Positions 36,250 to 49,300 are shown, counted from the stretch's first letter. The stretch: DNA of 64,000 nt from Lama glama (GCA_028534125.1 CM052830.1:23932001-23996000), one strand, 5' to 3'. The notes: generated by a model from the letters alone, not told the origin. Translations and numbers: made by a program.

Positions 36250-36362
36250 TCAGCCTCACTGTACGGATAGGGAAGCTACGGCCCGTAAAGCTGAGTGGCT
36301 GTCCCGGGCTCAGACCTAGAAAGCGCAGAAGCCGGATTTGCACCTGGGCCCACCTGACTCAG
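36250..36362 (-). mobile_element. MIR SINE (GC-shifted)
   Basis: 'cactgtacggatagggaagctacggcccgtaaagctgagtggctgtcccgggctc...gccggatttgcacctgggcccacctgactc'. Confidence 0.65.
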
Positions 36363-37639
36363 ACGAGCACCAAATGCTGTCCTCTGTGACCGCCGCGGAG
36401 CGAGCCCAGGCTCCCTGGAGTCTGGCCTCGGCAACTCCGTGACCGGGTCACCGGGAAGCCTCTGCAGGGGGTGAGCCCTGTGTCTGAGCAGCGGCTGAGG
36501 GGAACCCAGCCCTGTCCCTCCGGGAGCCTGGAGTCTAAGTGGGAGGCCCTTCGTGCCCTGGGCTGCCCGCCCTACCTCCTGCTCACCACCCCTCCCCCAG
36601 CAGGCCCGGTGCCCCCCAGCCTGGCTTCACCCAGAGCTGCTGCCTGGCTGTGGCCTCCAACAGGGACCCATATCCCTGGAACTCTTCCTGAGGGATGAGA
36701 AACCTCCCCCCAGGTCGAGGCATCCGGCCCTTCAGTAACTGTGTGCGGAGCCCAGGCTGTCACACGGACGTTAGGCAGACACTGGGGACTCAAAGTCACA
36801 GCCCTGTCCCTGAGGGAGAGCACCGTCCAGGGGAGCTTGCCCTGGTCGACGAGGGTCTTGGGGGTCCGTGCCGAGGAGTGGATAATGCAGCCCCCGAAAT
36901 GCCCGGCGTTGGAGGCTGGAGACCCAGCCCGGTGCCTTCTTTGCTGTTACCTCTTGGTGGTCACTCTCCAGACCTCAGTTTCCAATCTGCTCATAGAGCA
37001 GCAGAGTAAGAACTGGGTCTAATTCAATAAGATGCGCAGACTTCATTCCACAGACGGCGGAGAGCGGCAGGCGGCTTTCGAGAGGAGGCGGCCTTCCTCC
37101 GTCCACCCCGACGCTGGGAGCTGAGCTCACGGCTCCCTGAGATGCACTGTTGGTCTCATGGCTGCTGAGCCGAGCCGCTTCTCCCTGTCTGCCCCCTCCC
37201 GGCCGACCCGGGTCTGGGACTGAGGACGGGTTGCTGACCCAGGCCAGGGTGGCAGGAAGGCGGGCTTGCTCGTTCCCGGACCTCCCGGGCAGCAGGGGCT
37301 TGCAAATGGGACTGACTGTTTCTTGGCCTCACAGCCTGACCCCACCTCAGCCGTTTGGTTAAAGAACGTGCGCTCCCGAGGCTCGGTCCTTTGCTGCTGG
37401 GAGCCTGGCGGGTCCACGCACCCCTGCCCGCGGCTCACCGGTCTACACGCCTTCTGTATGTAGGCTGAGGGCCCCGCTCCAACAAGGCCTCCGATAGAGG
37501 GGACAGGAAGCTCCGCAGGGCTTTCCTTCAGCTTCTTGTGTCACCCTGCCCCGAACCACAGCCCTGCCACCTGGCTGTCCCTTGACGCCCAAATTGCCGC
37601 TGGCGACAAAGACGATCAGCTAGGTCAGACGGCCAGCGT

Positions 37640-37820
37640 GGAATCCGGGCAAATGCCCAGCTCTGGATCCTGTCTGCCCTGCATTGTGTGGCCCTGGAAA
37701 AGTGATTTCATTGCTCTGAGCTGCAGGCTGGGCACAATGAAGATGAAAATGACCATGTCGCAGGCGCTCACGCGGGTCATAGACACGTGTGCTTCAAATG
37801 CCAGAACCCTTAGCTATTAA
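37640..37820 (+). mobile_element. MIR SINE
   Basis: 'tgtgtggccctggaaaagtgatttcattgctctgagc...tagctatta'. Confidence 0.6.
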
Positions 37821-38639
37821 CATCAGGGGCTTTTCTCCCCTGAACGACCCTCCTTCTTGCCCAGGAGGGCTCTAGAAAGCTCATCAACATACCTGCCCAT
37901 CGGCCGTGGGAACCAGCCAGGCCGGCGTCTGCAGAGGGCCAGAGTTTCCTCTCCATCCCAGTCATGTTTGCCGGAAGGCCAGGGAGCTCACCTTGGCCAT
38001 CACACCCCAGCCAAACCAGGGCGACACAGAGCTCTCATTACCAAGTGGCTTCAGGGCCTCAGGGACAGATGCTGGAGTTTCGCTTGTGCCCTCCTGGAGG
38101 CCAGCAGGGTTCTGAGCTTCAGTCTGACTGACCCAGTTCTTAGTTGGGGTGACAGCTTTCCAGCCAGTCTGAGGTCTGTCCCTGCTCCTCAGAGGACAGA
38201 GGGGCTTCCTCCCCCACGGCCTGGTCCCCGGCGGGAAGCCAGCCTGGCCAGAGTTCTCTGTAATTCACTCTCATGGACCCTGAAGCCTGTGATGCAGATG
38301 GAACACCAAGTAGCACATGGTCCTTCGGACAGAAAGAGCATTCTAGAAGCCCCTCGTTCTTGCCTGGTATGAACAGTCGCTGTGATCGAGACTAACACAT
38401 CAGAGAAGCAGGTGGGCGCACGAGAGGGTGGCATCTGCCATCTGTGTAGAAGGGCGGAGTCCCTTCCAGTTCATCTTCAGAGCAGCCCTGAGGGCAGGGG
38501 AGCCACCTGGCCCACGGCCACCTCAACAAGCCAGTGGCCCAGGGGTTCTGGGGTTGACCTCGTGCCCTTCCCTCCAGCGAGGCAGCGCTCAGGTGGCGCG
38601 GGGACGAACACGGCAGGCGGGAGGGGCCTCAGAAGCTGA

Positions 38640-39480
38640 GTGATTGGCTTCAGGTTTCAATGGGAAATCACCGGAGCATCAGGGCCTTTGTGCTGCAGCA
38701 CACCTGGAAAGCCGCGCTGAATGGGGAGCTTTTCTATGCGAAATCAGACCGTGTTCTCTGCCCGTTAACATCGCCAGCACGGAGATGCGCTGCCGGCACA
38801 AACCAACCTGAATCAGTGGTGAATGGGGGAAATTTCAGGCATAAATTCCACGGGTCCTGCCCACAGGCTTGGTGAAACTGAAACCCACTTGCTCTCAAAG
38901 AGGAGACAGCTAAGAGCTAAATAACAGTTGAAGTCTCGGGGTGTCTATCCTGTCCCTCGGTCCCCGGTGAAGCCAGGGCCATGAAGATGCCTAAATCGGC
39001 CCTGTTATATCTTTCTGAAGGCAGCGTCTCCATGCCGCACAAACCCCAGCCTGGTCAGGGATGGTGTGGAGTGGATCTTGTGGCCGTCTTTGACGACTGC
39101 TCGGAAACGTGGGGGCGTCTTTTGGCAGGGAACACAGGGAGGGGGCGAGGAGTGAGAAGCCATCAAAAGGGTTTTATTGAACTCTTTGCTAGCTCATGAA
39201 TGCATTTAATGGGAACAGCGTTGGATGTCAATGCAACATAATGATCGTGTAATCTATTTGGCTAGATTTGCGTGGCTTTCGAAGAGGAAAAAAGGACCTG
39301 CATGAGCAGTTAATCAGTCTGTCTTTAGCCAAACTTCATGTAAAATTTCACCGTGTTCCCGAAACTGTGCCAAGGGACAGTGTCATGTATTTCAGTGAAT
39401 CGCTTGTCACCAAATCTGAAACAAGCAGAAAATCTAGCCTTTTTGCCTCCTCTTTCGAGATTGTTTCTGGCGACATGTGA
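38640..39480. promoter_or_regulatory. Candidate conserved enhancer(s)
   Basis: Two AT-enriched non-repeat blocks (38640-38930, 39150-39480) with SOX-like CCTTTGT, GCATAAA, TTTTATTG and GTTAATCA. Confidence 0.4.
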
Positions 39481-39579
39481 CTTGGTGAGGTGGTAGAATC
39501 TGATCAGATAGTAACGGTGGCAACTTACATGCCTGGCCCCATTCTGAGCACCCCTGGGGCACAGAGCTGCGCTTGGCTC

Positions 39580-39650
39580 CACTCTGATGGGAAACCGAGG
39601 CTCAGAGCGACTAGGAGACTTGCCCAAAGCGGTCGTAGAAGCAGAGGGGA
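39580..39650 (-). mobile_element. MIR fragment
   Basis: 'gatgggaaaccgaggctcagag...gacttgcccaa'. Confidence 0.75.
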
Positions 39651-39666
39651 GGCCTAAACTTTGTTC

Positions 39667-39818
39667 TGTTTTTTTTAATTGGCGACTCGTTGATTTACAA
39701 CACTAGTTGCAGGCGTACAACGTAGCGATTCAATGTTTCTGTAGGTTATCCCCACTTAAGGTTGTTAGAGAACGCTGGCCATATTCCCTGTGTGGTGCCG
39801 TGTATCCTAAACCCTGTT
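39667..39818 (-). mobile_element. Artiodactyl-type LINE-1 3' end
   Basis: T-tract, then 'aattggcgactcgttgatttacaacactagttgcaggcgtacaacgtagcgattca...tggccatattccctgtg'. Confidence 0.8.
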
Positions 39819-42774
39819 CTTGACTCCACTGTCCATCTTTCTCACCAGCAAGCCCAGATGATGGATCCCTAGAGAAGAGGAGGGAGGCGGCCTCTGGTCT
39901 TCCTAAGACTGCTCTCGGCCCCCACCCCTCATTAGCTGTGCTCCGAGCCTGCCTGGGCGGCTGCCGCCGAGAAGCCACTGCTCTAGGCACCTTCAGTTAC
40001 AGCCCCGTCAGGTAGGCTCTGTTTTAACCCATTCTACAGGTAGGAAGACTGACAGCCAGAAAGGTAAAGGCGGATTTGAATGACTGAGGGACGCAGTTCA
40101 CACAGCAGGGCAGCGTTAGCACTCGATCTGATCTGTGGCCGCGGATTCCAACACCCTGCCCTCCTGGAGGGCACCCAGGTGGGCACCTGCCCACCCTGCT
40201 CCCCCACTACGTGGATTCTGGAGGGGGAGCAGCTACTTTTATTATCGACTCTGGACAGATGGTGAGACAGAGGCGCTGCAGGTGAAGAGGACCGCTGTAG
40301 GGTTCTACAACGGACACTCAACGTGAGGCTGTCAGTGGATGCAGGACAAACGGACAGCGGTATCGTCGGCCGGCCCCTGTGTGCTCACGTACACACACCA
40401 CACGCTGACACGTGTTTGAAACAGCACGTGTGCCGTCAGCGGAGGGTGCGTGGCTTTTTTCTTTCTTTCTTACTAACCCCCGTCTCCGCCCTCCTCAGCT
40501 GAGCTCTGAGGCAGCAAACAACCTGCTTTTCAGCATTTGCGCTGGGACCTGGACCCGGGCTGGTTGCACACGGCCTTACGCCAGTCTTCCAGGCTGGGTT
40601 CCGTTCTTGGTCTATTTCACCCCCTTGCCATGAGCTCCTGCGAGCTTTTTCCATCCCATGGGTGACTTCCCATTGTGGTTACTCCTGGCCCTTGTTGGCC
40701 AGCCCGACCTCACTCTCAAAGGTGGAGCTCAACTTTCCACCCAGAAGAAATTCCCCAAATGGAATTTCAAATTGATTTAAAAACCAGATTCCCCACATGG
40801 AACCAACCGCGTCACACTCTGTCTGGTTTCACTCATGTGCTAAGTGTTGCTGAAGATTTGTGCTCCAATCCTAATCTGGTTTTACTGAGGACGTTCCCCA
40901 GCTGAAGGATTTCAAAGGGAAGCCAGCGACGCAGCCAGGGACCCCCTGAACGTGTGGCTTGGCACCTTCCCTCCAGCCCACACTTGGAGCAAGCTGGCCC
41001 CTGCGCTGAACCCTCCCTATGAGGGGGGATGGGGACGGGGGGAGGATGGGGGTGGGAGGAGGCCAGGGAGAGGGAGAAAGACCGACACAGCCTCCTCCTC
41101 CTGGCACGGAAGCCTAACGGTCTCCACCGGGTGTCGGTCCCCCAGCCTGGAGGTCAAGACACCCGCCTCCCGGCCCGGCCCGGCCCTGAGCACGTGGGTC
41201 TGCTCCCCGCGGGGCTGCCCTGCAGCCTTCGCAGTGTTCGAGGGCAGGGAGAAGGGAGACCAACCTCCTCTCTTTCTGAATGGAAGCATCAACTCCAAAA
41301 GTAGGAGTCTGTGGACCTTCCCTCTCGTAAGAAAACATTTTTTAAATTATACACACACGTACCAGGAAATTACACCCAGTGCTGAGGACGTCCCGGAGGG
41401 GGGCGGCGTTCTCTGCTCTCCAAAGCATTGCTCGTTCCAGTGACGGAAGAAGTGAAGGGTATTGACAGGTACCCGGGGCGGCACTTAGCAGGCTCGTGGT
41501 GAGCGCAGTAAAGTGGGGGTGGTTTCTGGGTGAGGAGGCAGGGGTGACAGACACGGGGAACGTGGCTTCAGGGCTGCCTGAATGTCTTCCACGTGTGGGC
41601 TCACGTCGCAGGGCCCGTGTAGAACCAGGCCTCAGCTCTGCTCCCCAACTCCCCACTCCCCTCTACAGAACCCTCGGAAATGGAAAGGAATTTCCGGCTG
41701 ACAACCAGGAGGCTCTCTACTGCCGGTCCTCCCTCCCGGAGTCGGTCCTCAGCCCTCTGCTTCCCCCGATCCCGCGTCGGCCCCCGGAACCAGCCTTGGG
41801 CCCCCCTTTCCTCCCGATGCGTCTGGCCCACCTGGCTCCCCGCCTCTGCCAACCTCAGCACAGCACATCACGCCGGAGACCCTCTCGGGGTTGGGGAGCC
41901 ATGCTCGCGGGATGCCCCACGAGACTGTAGCTTCTCGTAGGCAGGGCTGAGGTCCGTGTTCTGCATGTTCTTTATGGCCAAGGGCTGAGCTTGTTTCAGC
42001 CCTCAGCCCAGTGCGAGGCGCTCTCGGGGCTGTGTTGCAGTTATCTAGACCCTTCCGAACCCCTGCCTCCTGCACGGTCCCCCTGGGGTGTGAGGCCCGC
42101 CCCCCAGTGCGGGAGCCGGGACTGGGAGGCAGGTCGGGCTCACAAGTGCCAGACGAGGAGGCGGTGGGTCCGGGTCTCAGACCCGGGCTGCCCGCAGACG
42201 TCGGCATTTTCTCCGTTGGTGTCTCCGTCCCCCGTCCCGAGTGCGCACACCCTGGCTGGGTTCCGACGGGAGTGCTCCGTGTCCTCCTCTCCTCCGTGGC
42301 CCACGCTGGAGGAATGGGGGCTCTGCCCAAGGAAACGGGTGGGGACAGTTATGAGCAGGTCTCTGGGATGAGGAGCCAGAGCCCCGGTTATCCTCCTGGC
42401 CCGACGCTTGGGCGGAGCAGCTGGTTACAGAGGCCACGCCTGCTGCCCTCTTGGCCCCCTGCCAAGTTCTGGACACTCCTAGGCTTTTGCAGCGTAAAAT
42501 TATTTCCAGAAGGAATTGTCCAAAAGCTCCTAAAAAGGCAATAAAACCCTCTGACTTTCACATTTCCACATGCCCAGATGGACTGTCATGGTTCCCAGCA
42601 GCCCGGCTTCAGGCCAAGTCACAGAAAACCAAGCAGTTCTCACCCTGGAAGCCTGGATTGGTCTGGAGGTGGCCTGTGGCCCTGCCCGGAGGTGGCTCCT
42701 TGCTGGTCTGCCAGGCTGTCTGGGGTCTCGATGTGCAGAGGAAGAACACGAGTTTTGGAGACCTCCTCTGGATA

Positions 42775-42995
42775 GACACAGAGAACCTGCTGTGTGCCAG
42801 GAATGGTGTCTGGGGACACAGTGAAGGGAAAGACACGGAAATCCAGTGGAGGCAGCCAACAAGTCACCAAGCTATCAGAATCACAAAGGATGCAGACAAT
42901 GCTGCAGGAGCACAGAGGAGGGGGAGCTGTCAGTCTGGTGCCCTGGAAGGCTTCCTGGAGGAGGTGACCCCTGAGTGGAGAGGACCAGTGAGTTG
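42775..42995 (-). mobile_element. L2 fragment
   Basis: 'gagaacctgctgtgtgccagg...tggggacacagtga...ggaaggcttcctggaggaggtgac'. Confidence 0.75.
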
Positions 42996-44074
42996 AACAT
43001 ACAAAAGCCAGAGGCCCCTCTTGACAATAATTCCCACCTCCCAGGCTGGACTGAGGGTGCACCATGACCGTGTGCTGAGTCCACCTGTCGCTGGGCACTC
43101 AGCAGGGCCGGCCCTTGCCCACACCTGCTCTTGGAAGCATCCTCAATAGTGAGGCCATGGTCATGCTGACAGTCTTAACTGGAGAGCTGGGCTTTTGGGA
43201 GATACCAGCCAGGTCCCTGAGCCAGAAACCCTCAGGCCAGTACGGGGGACACGCAGCAGCCAGCTTTGGCTGGAATGTGGGACTTTGCAGGTAAATCCAG
43301 GTGACCTGCGGCTGAGAACCCAGCTGTGGAAGGCCTTGATGTTGGGCTGTGGGGTGCCATCTTGCAGGTCCAGGTCATTGGCTATGACCCTTTTCCCCAG
43401 AATCCTGGGCTTCTGCAGAATTCCCAGGCCTGCTGCAGGGTGAGGGCTGGGCTGCTGCAGTCTGGACCCCACGCCATTGCAAGTGCAGAAGCTCCACCCA
43501 ACCTGTGTTCCACAATGCAGGCAGTGAAGGCGAGGTGCTCAGAGACAACGTGCAAATAAAAGGCACAGATGTTGAGGGGTGCTGGGCCGGCAAGGAGACC
43601 GCCACGGGCTGATTCGGGGAACGAGGCATGAGGTGCATCAGGGAGGCCTGGCCACTGCTAGGAGTCTGTTGCAACAGAACCCATGGGGGCCCACCTGGCT
43701 CCAGCCAGGCTGGGCTGGGGGCTGTAGAGAAAAGGAGAGGCGGAGGCCACACTCCGGGGGGAGATGGAAGAGCTGGCCTTGGCCCAGATGGGGTGCAGGT
43801 CTCATCTCCCTGCTTCAGCTACTTGGGGGAGGAACCATGGTCCATGCACCTTTCTGACCTTCATACTGTCAACCGTGGTCAGTGCCTGGCAAGGCGTGAG
43901 CGTTTTCTAAGTGCCCGTCTGAACGAACAAGGGCCCGGGACCTGCAACCCCCAAATGTAGGTTCTGTGGGAGCTGAGAAATAGCGCCACGACCCCCCATG
44001 CAGAGGCCCCCTGGTGCGTGGGTGAGGGCGTAGGCTCTGCAGCCAGGGCTCAGCCCTAGCCCCTCTCCCTGCTG

Positions 44075-44595
44075 GCTGCAGGACCTTGGCCAGTGACTTA
44101 ACCTCAGGTTGGCGCAATCTCTTACCTGTAAAGTGGGAATAATAAGAGTGTATATTTCGTAGAGTTGTGAGGATTGTTCTGGAATGTTTGTGTCCTCCCC
44201 AAATTCATGTGTTGAAGCCCTAACCCCCCCCCAAGAGGGTATCTGGAGGTGGGGCCTTCAGGGGATAATCAGGTTGAGATGAGATCACGAGGGTGGAGCC
44301 CCTGGGGTGGGATTAGTGCCCTTAGGAGAAACGTGAGAGCGACCTTTCTGCCACCACATGAGGGTGCAGCGAGAGGCCATCTGCCAGCCCTGAAGAGAGC
44401 CGTCCCAGGCACTGGGTCAGCCAGCACCTTCGTCTTAGACTTCCAGCCTCCCGAACGGCGCGCGATCGGTGTCTGCCGGCTAGGACACAGTCTGTGTGTT
44501 TCGTCACAGCGGCCGGAGCAGACCAAGACAGGCTGCACGCAAAAAACGTGCTCCGGACAGTGCCGGCAGCACAGGCAAGTTCAGAACGTGATGAA
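44075..44595 (+). mobile_element. MIR interrupted by an MLT1A0 LTR
   Basis: MIR 5' part 'gaccttggccagtgacttaacctc...ctgtaaagtgggaataata...gagttgtgaggat'; MIR tail-like sequence resumes after 44530. Confidence 0.7.
44175..44530 (+). mobile_element. MLT1A/MLT1A0 solo LTR, full length
   Basis: 'gaatgtttgtgtcctccccaaattcatgtgttgaagccctaacccc...ggattagtgccctta...gacttccagcctcc...gaccaagaca'. Confidence 0.92.
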
Positions 44596-45034
44596 GGGGC
44601 AGCGGTCACCGGGAAAGGGCACCTGGCATGGAGGCCAGGCTGCCTGGGCTCACGCCTGGCAGTGCGGCTTGAGCCGTGTGTCCAGCGACAGCCGTCTTCA
44701 CCTCTGTGTGTGTGTTTGCTCACTTGTCAGAGGTGGGGCAGTGATGATAGTTCTACCTGTTTCCACAGGAGCTTAACAGCAACACTCAGCTGCTGCGTAC
44801 GGCAATGCGGCTGGGCTGATGGTCACGGTGTTCTCCTAGAATCCGCACTATTCCCGTACCAGCAGGTGACAGCCCCTCGTCTCCCCGAGGGCCTCCCAGG
44901 GCCCTCCCTGATGTGTCACAGCCCAGCAGCTGGGTCCATCGCTGGCACCAGAGGCCTGCTTCGCCGCGTGGGCCCATCGCTGAGTTAACAAGGGTTCCCA
45001 GAATGCTTTGAGGGACGATGCCATCGGTACTGGC

Positions 45035-45135
45035 GTCCATTCATTCAATACACGCTCACTGACTGCCTCCAAATGCCTGGGGATCTAGAGAGAAATAAGG
45101 CCTGGTCTCTGCCCTCAGGAGACGACCGTCAGGCA
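45035..45135 (-). mobile_element. L2 3' end
   Basis: 'cattcattcaatacacgctcactga...ggtctctgccctcagga'. Confidence 0.65.
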
Positions 45136-45273
45136 GTGAGAGGCCGAGTGTCAGGGTGCACGGGGCCCTGGGGGCTCTTCGTGGGGAGACGGAGGCAGGC
45201 GCGCCTGCCCTGCGTGAGGGTCTGACGCCTCCTGGGCCAGCAGCGGCCTCTCTACCTGATACTCTCCCCGTGT

Positions 45274-45481
45274 GGCGTTGCCAGGTTCAGCAGATGAAAA
45301 CCCAGGGCGCTCTGTCAAATAATTTCAGACAAACAATGAAGTCTCTTTCTTTTTTCTTTTTCTGTTTTTTTTAGTGTTAAGTGTGTCTCAAAATATTACA
45401 TGGGACATAACACTGAAAAAAGCCTTCGTGGTCTGTGAAATTCACATCTGAGTGAGCGCGCTGTACCCTATCCAGCAACCC
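45274..45481. mobile_element. MER53 palindromic hAT MITE
   Basis: Termini 'gcgttgccag' and 'ccagcaaccc'; internal 'aatttcagacaaacaatgaa...ttagtgttaagtgtgtctcaaaatattacatgggacata...tgaaattca'. Confidence 0.85.
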
Positions 45482-45809
45482 CGCTCTGAGGTCAGTTATA
45501 GCCAGCAACCTGTTACCTGTCAGGTGGGACCCTCTTCCGCTCCCGTACCTGAAAGGCCGTCTCAGATACAGCTTCGCTTCCTGGAGAAGAAAGGGGCAGA
45601 GCAGAGAGGGAGACGAGTGGGGGGGCCCGCAGGGAGCTGGGCAGAACGTGGGGGTGCGGGAGGGAGGCAGGGAGGGGTGGATGGGAGGGAAGGGGAGGCA
45701 GAGCTGAGGGGGGAGAGCACCGCCCCCCTCCGCGGCCTCCCCCACCACCATGCGGAAGCAGATGCGTTGGGAGGAGGTGCGGACACATCTTGGGAGCCGG
45801 GGTGTGCTC

Positions 45810-46340
45810 TCTGAAATGTCAGCAGAAATAAACCTGGCTAATCCTCCACGATGGCCCGTCACATTAATCTCCCTGAGATTCCAAGCGGATTAAAATAACC
45901 ACGAGCATGACACCACTTGGAAGGCCGGGGATTTACTTGGAAGCAGTGCCCCACTGGCGAGCATTCCTCTAATTGCTGCTTCGTATAAATAGAGTGTTCT
46001 TTAATATCGCCACCGGCCCTGGCTAACAGATTTAGAAGGGAGCTGTCGGAGTCGTCAGTGCCCCAGCCGTGGTAAACCGAGGCTCTGGTCGGGCTGTAAA
46101 TGGGATTCTCGCGGGCCGATCAATCTGACCAAAGCCGCCAGCGTTGCCTGTTGATCTGCAAAGTCCTCGGTGGCTACGGCTTCCCAGAATTGTGCTTGCA
46201 TCTGTCAGAATTATAAGCAGCTGGCAGCTGATGCAAAGGTCAGATTTGCTGCTAGTGTGGAAACAGAATTTCCCCAGCACCAGAAATGCTACTTGGCAGC
46301 GTGTCCACTGCAGGAGGGTCATTAGGGGAGGAGTGTGTAT
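45810..46340. promoter_or_regulatory. Candidate conserved enhancer with clustered K50-homeodomain sites
   Basis: TAATCC at 45839, TAATCT at 45865, GGATTA at 45887; tandem E-boxes CAGCTGGCAGCTG at 46218-46230; non-repeat. Confidence 0.5.
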
Positions 46341-49300
46341 TGCAGCCTCAGGTGCCTGGAGCCGGCTTCCTCTGTCAGCCCACACTGGACACACAGGCAG
46401 GTGCTCAGACGGGCGACACTAGACAGCAGTCAGTCCCCAGCGAGCGCTTCAGCGCCCTCATCATAAGGCGGTTTTCTAACAAGTGCTTGCAGGCGCCTGC
46501 TGACTCGGGCGCTGTTCCAGGCACGGCGTACACTCGGTGAAGACCTCTTACTGGTGGGCTGGTGGCCTTGGACATACTATTTCCTGGCTCTGCTGAGCCT
46601 CAGGTTGGCCGTCTTTAGCCTGGGGACAGTATCTCCTACTTCAGAGAGCGTTTAGGGACCTAATTTCATCAGGCCTTAGGTGCTGGGGCAGCTCGCACTC
46701 CAGGTACACTCTCCGTAACTCGTGTCAGACGCCCGTCAGGAAAGGACAGGCCCAGATCCAGAGAGGCCACCCCGTGAGGAGTGCGTAAAGGTCTAAATCC
46801 CGGAGTCCCGAGCCGTGGGGACGCGGGCTGCATTGGAAGGGCAGACCTGGTCTGGGGGGCGGTTCACAGCACAGGCAGCTTCCAGGGTCTGTGGGCCACC
46901 TGAACGCATCCCCAGTCAGAGTGGGCCCCAGAGAAGCAGGTCCTGCCCCACCCAGGGAGAGGCGTCAGGGAGAGGCAGGTCCCAGAGCCCCCTGCCGCCC
47001 GGCTCAGGCGGGGCGGGCCGGGAGGGAGCCAGGTGGTCTCCTGGACTTCGTTCTGCTCTGTTTCGTCAGCTGGAAGGCTCCTCCCCTCTCCAACGAGTCT
47101 GGAACCTATTCTCTGTCAGGAATCGGGTCCGGGGTAAGCCAAGCAGTTCTTGGTTGAGATGGCTCACGAGATGACATCAGACGCCATCGGCAAGTCAGTT
47201 TTGGGCATTGTGACAAAGTGCCACCCAAACTCAAATTCACTTAAAATCCGTCTCAACAAGGTGGCTTCCGGAAGAGTCAGCCGAGGCTTTGTCCCATCCC
47301 AGCTGCTGGCACGTCCCTCCCTGGGGCGAGTCCTGTGTCTGCACCGCACGCTCCGTGCTTGGAAGTCCTGTTCCGTCCTGCAGCTCCAAGCCTCACTCAT
47401 GTCAGCCTGCGGCTGCTCGGCTCGGCTCGGCTGAACGGAAGGACTGTGAGCTTTGCATCCCTCCGGCCTGGGAGGGCACCCCCGTCCGCTCCGCCCAGCC
47501 GCCCCCCACTCCTAGGACCCCCCTTTCACACATGACGTTGGGGTGGTCTTATCATCTGCGACCCCGGCGGTTATGATTGGCAGCTCTTTTTCTTTATTAC
47601 GTGTAAAAGCATGGTATGTCTCACGATCTACGAAGTCTTGGATTTGATGAATTAAGGGTCTGGCCTTGGTAAGTCCCCTCTGTGAACCTGCTTCCAACAA
47701 CTGTAAACTGGCAGGGCTGTTGTGAAGCCGAAACAAGAGGCCCGCGGGGAAGGCGCCTGCCCGGGGCAGTCCCCGAGGGTGGGAGGACCCGAATGCTGCT
47801 AGCCATCTCCGCGGCTTCTCAGTGAGGAGGAAGATTCCAGAAGTCCTGACTCTGGCTCTGGCGCTGGGACCACCCCCACGCCCTGTCTGTCCCTCTGACT
47901 CGTCTGTGTGATGTCAGCTTTGAAGTGATTGCATGTGACGCTCAAAAAGAATTTCCCAAAATTACACATAGGTATAAAATGAAGGGAGAAAAGGGCCGTT
48001 TCCCGTCAGGTTGAAAATGGCAGAGTGAAGCGGGATTGCCCCTCCTCTGGCCACACATCTGCGCTCTGACGCGGTTTTCAGTCCCCAGGAGTATCTCCTA
48101 TAGGCAGAAAGCAGCCCTTCAAGGGACAAATAGTGGAGCCAGACACCACAGGAAAGGAGCCCGGACCGGGAGGCAGGGGATCCAGGACCAAAGGGCGCTG
48201 GCTGTGTGAGTGTCCGTCCTGTGCCTGCCTGGGCCTCAGCGTCCCCTTCTGCAAAGTGGGCGGGCACGTAGGACAATCCTCACCCACCGGCCACCCTTTG
48301 ACAAATGAAGATTAATAGATTAACTTGGGAGAAGGAAATCTTCTGTGTTTAAAAAAAAAAGTTTTATTTTTCTGTTTCGATGCCCTGCACAAATACACCC
48401 GACTGCCCATGAGCACGTGATGCAGCCACACATGCGTGTGCACGTCTCCCTTTTGCTCTTCCTCTTTCTGCTCGACCCCTGTCCTCACTCTGGGAGACCC
48501 TGCAGGACCTTTCTCGCTCTGCTGGTCATATTTCTGGGGCCAGAAAAATTCCGGGGAAAGGAAAGCAAACAGCGCCGTGGGGTTGCGGTTACCCGTGGTG
48601 CTGACAGTGAGTCGGGCTCTGGGGGGTGGTCCTCGCTTGCCCCAAGGGATAATGAGTTCGCCTGGCCTCTGGCCGTCTGCCTCCCTTCCCCCTGACTCTG
48701 ACCAGCACCCCCACCCTAATTCCAGAGCAGGTCAGAACTCGGATCTGACAGTCAGGCCGTATCTCAGTTTGGCCTCCCAGCTCCCCATCCTTCATGGAAT
48801 CCAGGGATCAGGAACCCCCAGAATCACTGGGACCAGCCCTCGATCAAGGCAAGCAGTGGTCCATCCTCCCGGGAAAACATCTGGAAAGCTCGTCCCGCCC
48901 AGCTTCCTGCAGGGAGCGAGGGCTGGGCACGCCCAGACTCCTCAGGCCAGCTGGCTCATTTCCTCCACCTCAGAAACCTCTGGAAGCCGGGATGCCCACG
49001 TCCTGGCTCAACTCTTAGCCATCGGTTCAGCCAGGAACCACTCTTTTCAGGCGAGAGAAAGCAAAGCAAACATAGAAAGTTCAGCTGGACGAATAAGCAA
49101 CTCACAGAAGAAACAGGGCGGCCAAGAAACACAGGAAGGTATTTTCCATCTTGGAAGACAGCAAGGAACCCAAACGACACACTGATCTGCCCTTGGCAAC
49201 TCTGCGGGGACAAGACTGAAGGGGGGTGTCTGTCTGGAGCAGCAGGTCCTCTGGGGGGAGAGGCCCGGGCACAAGCTCTCCGGAGAGCAAGGCGGCAGCG

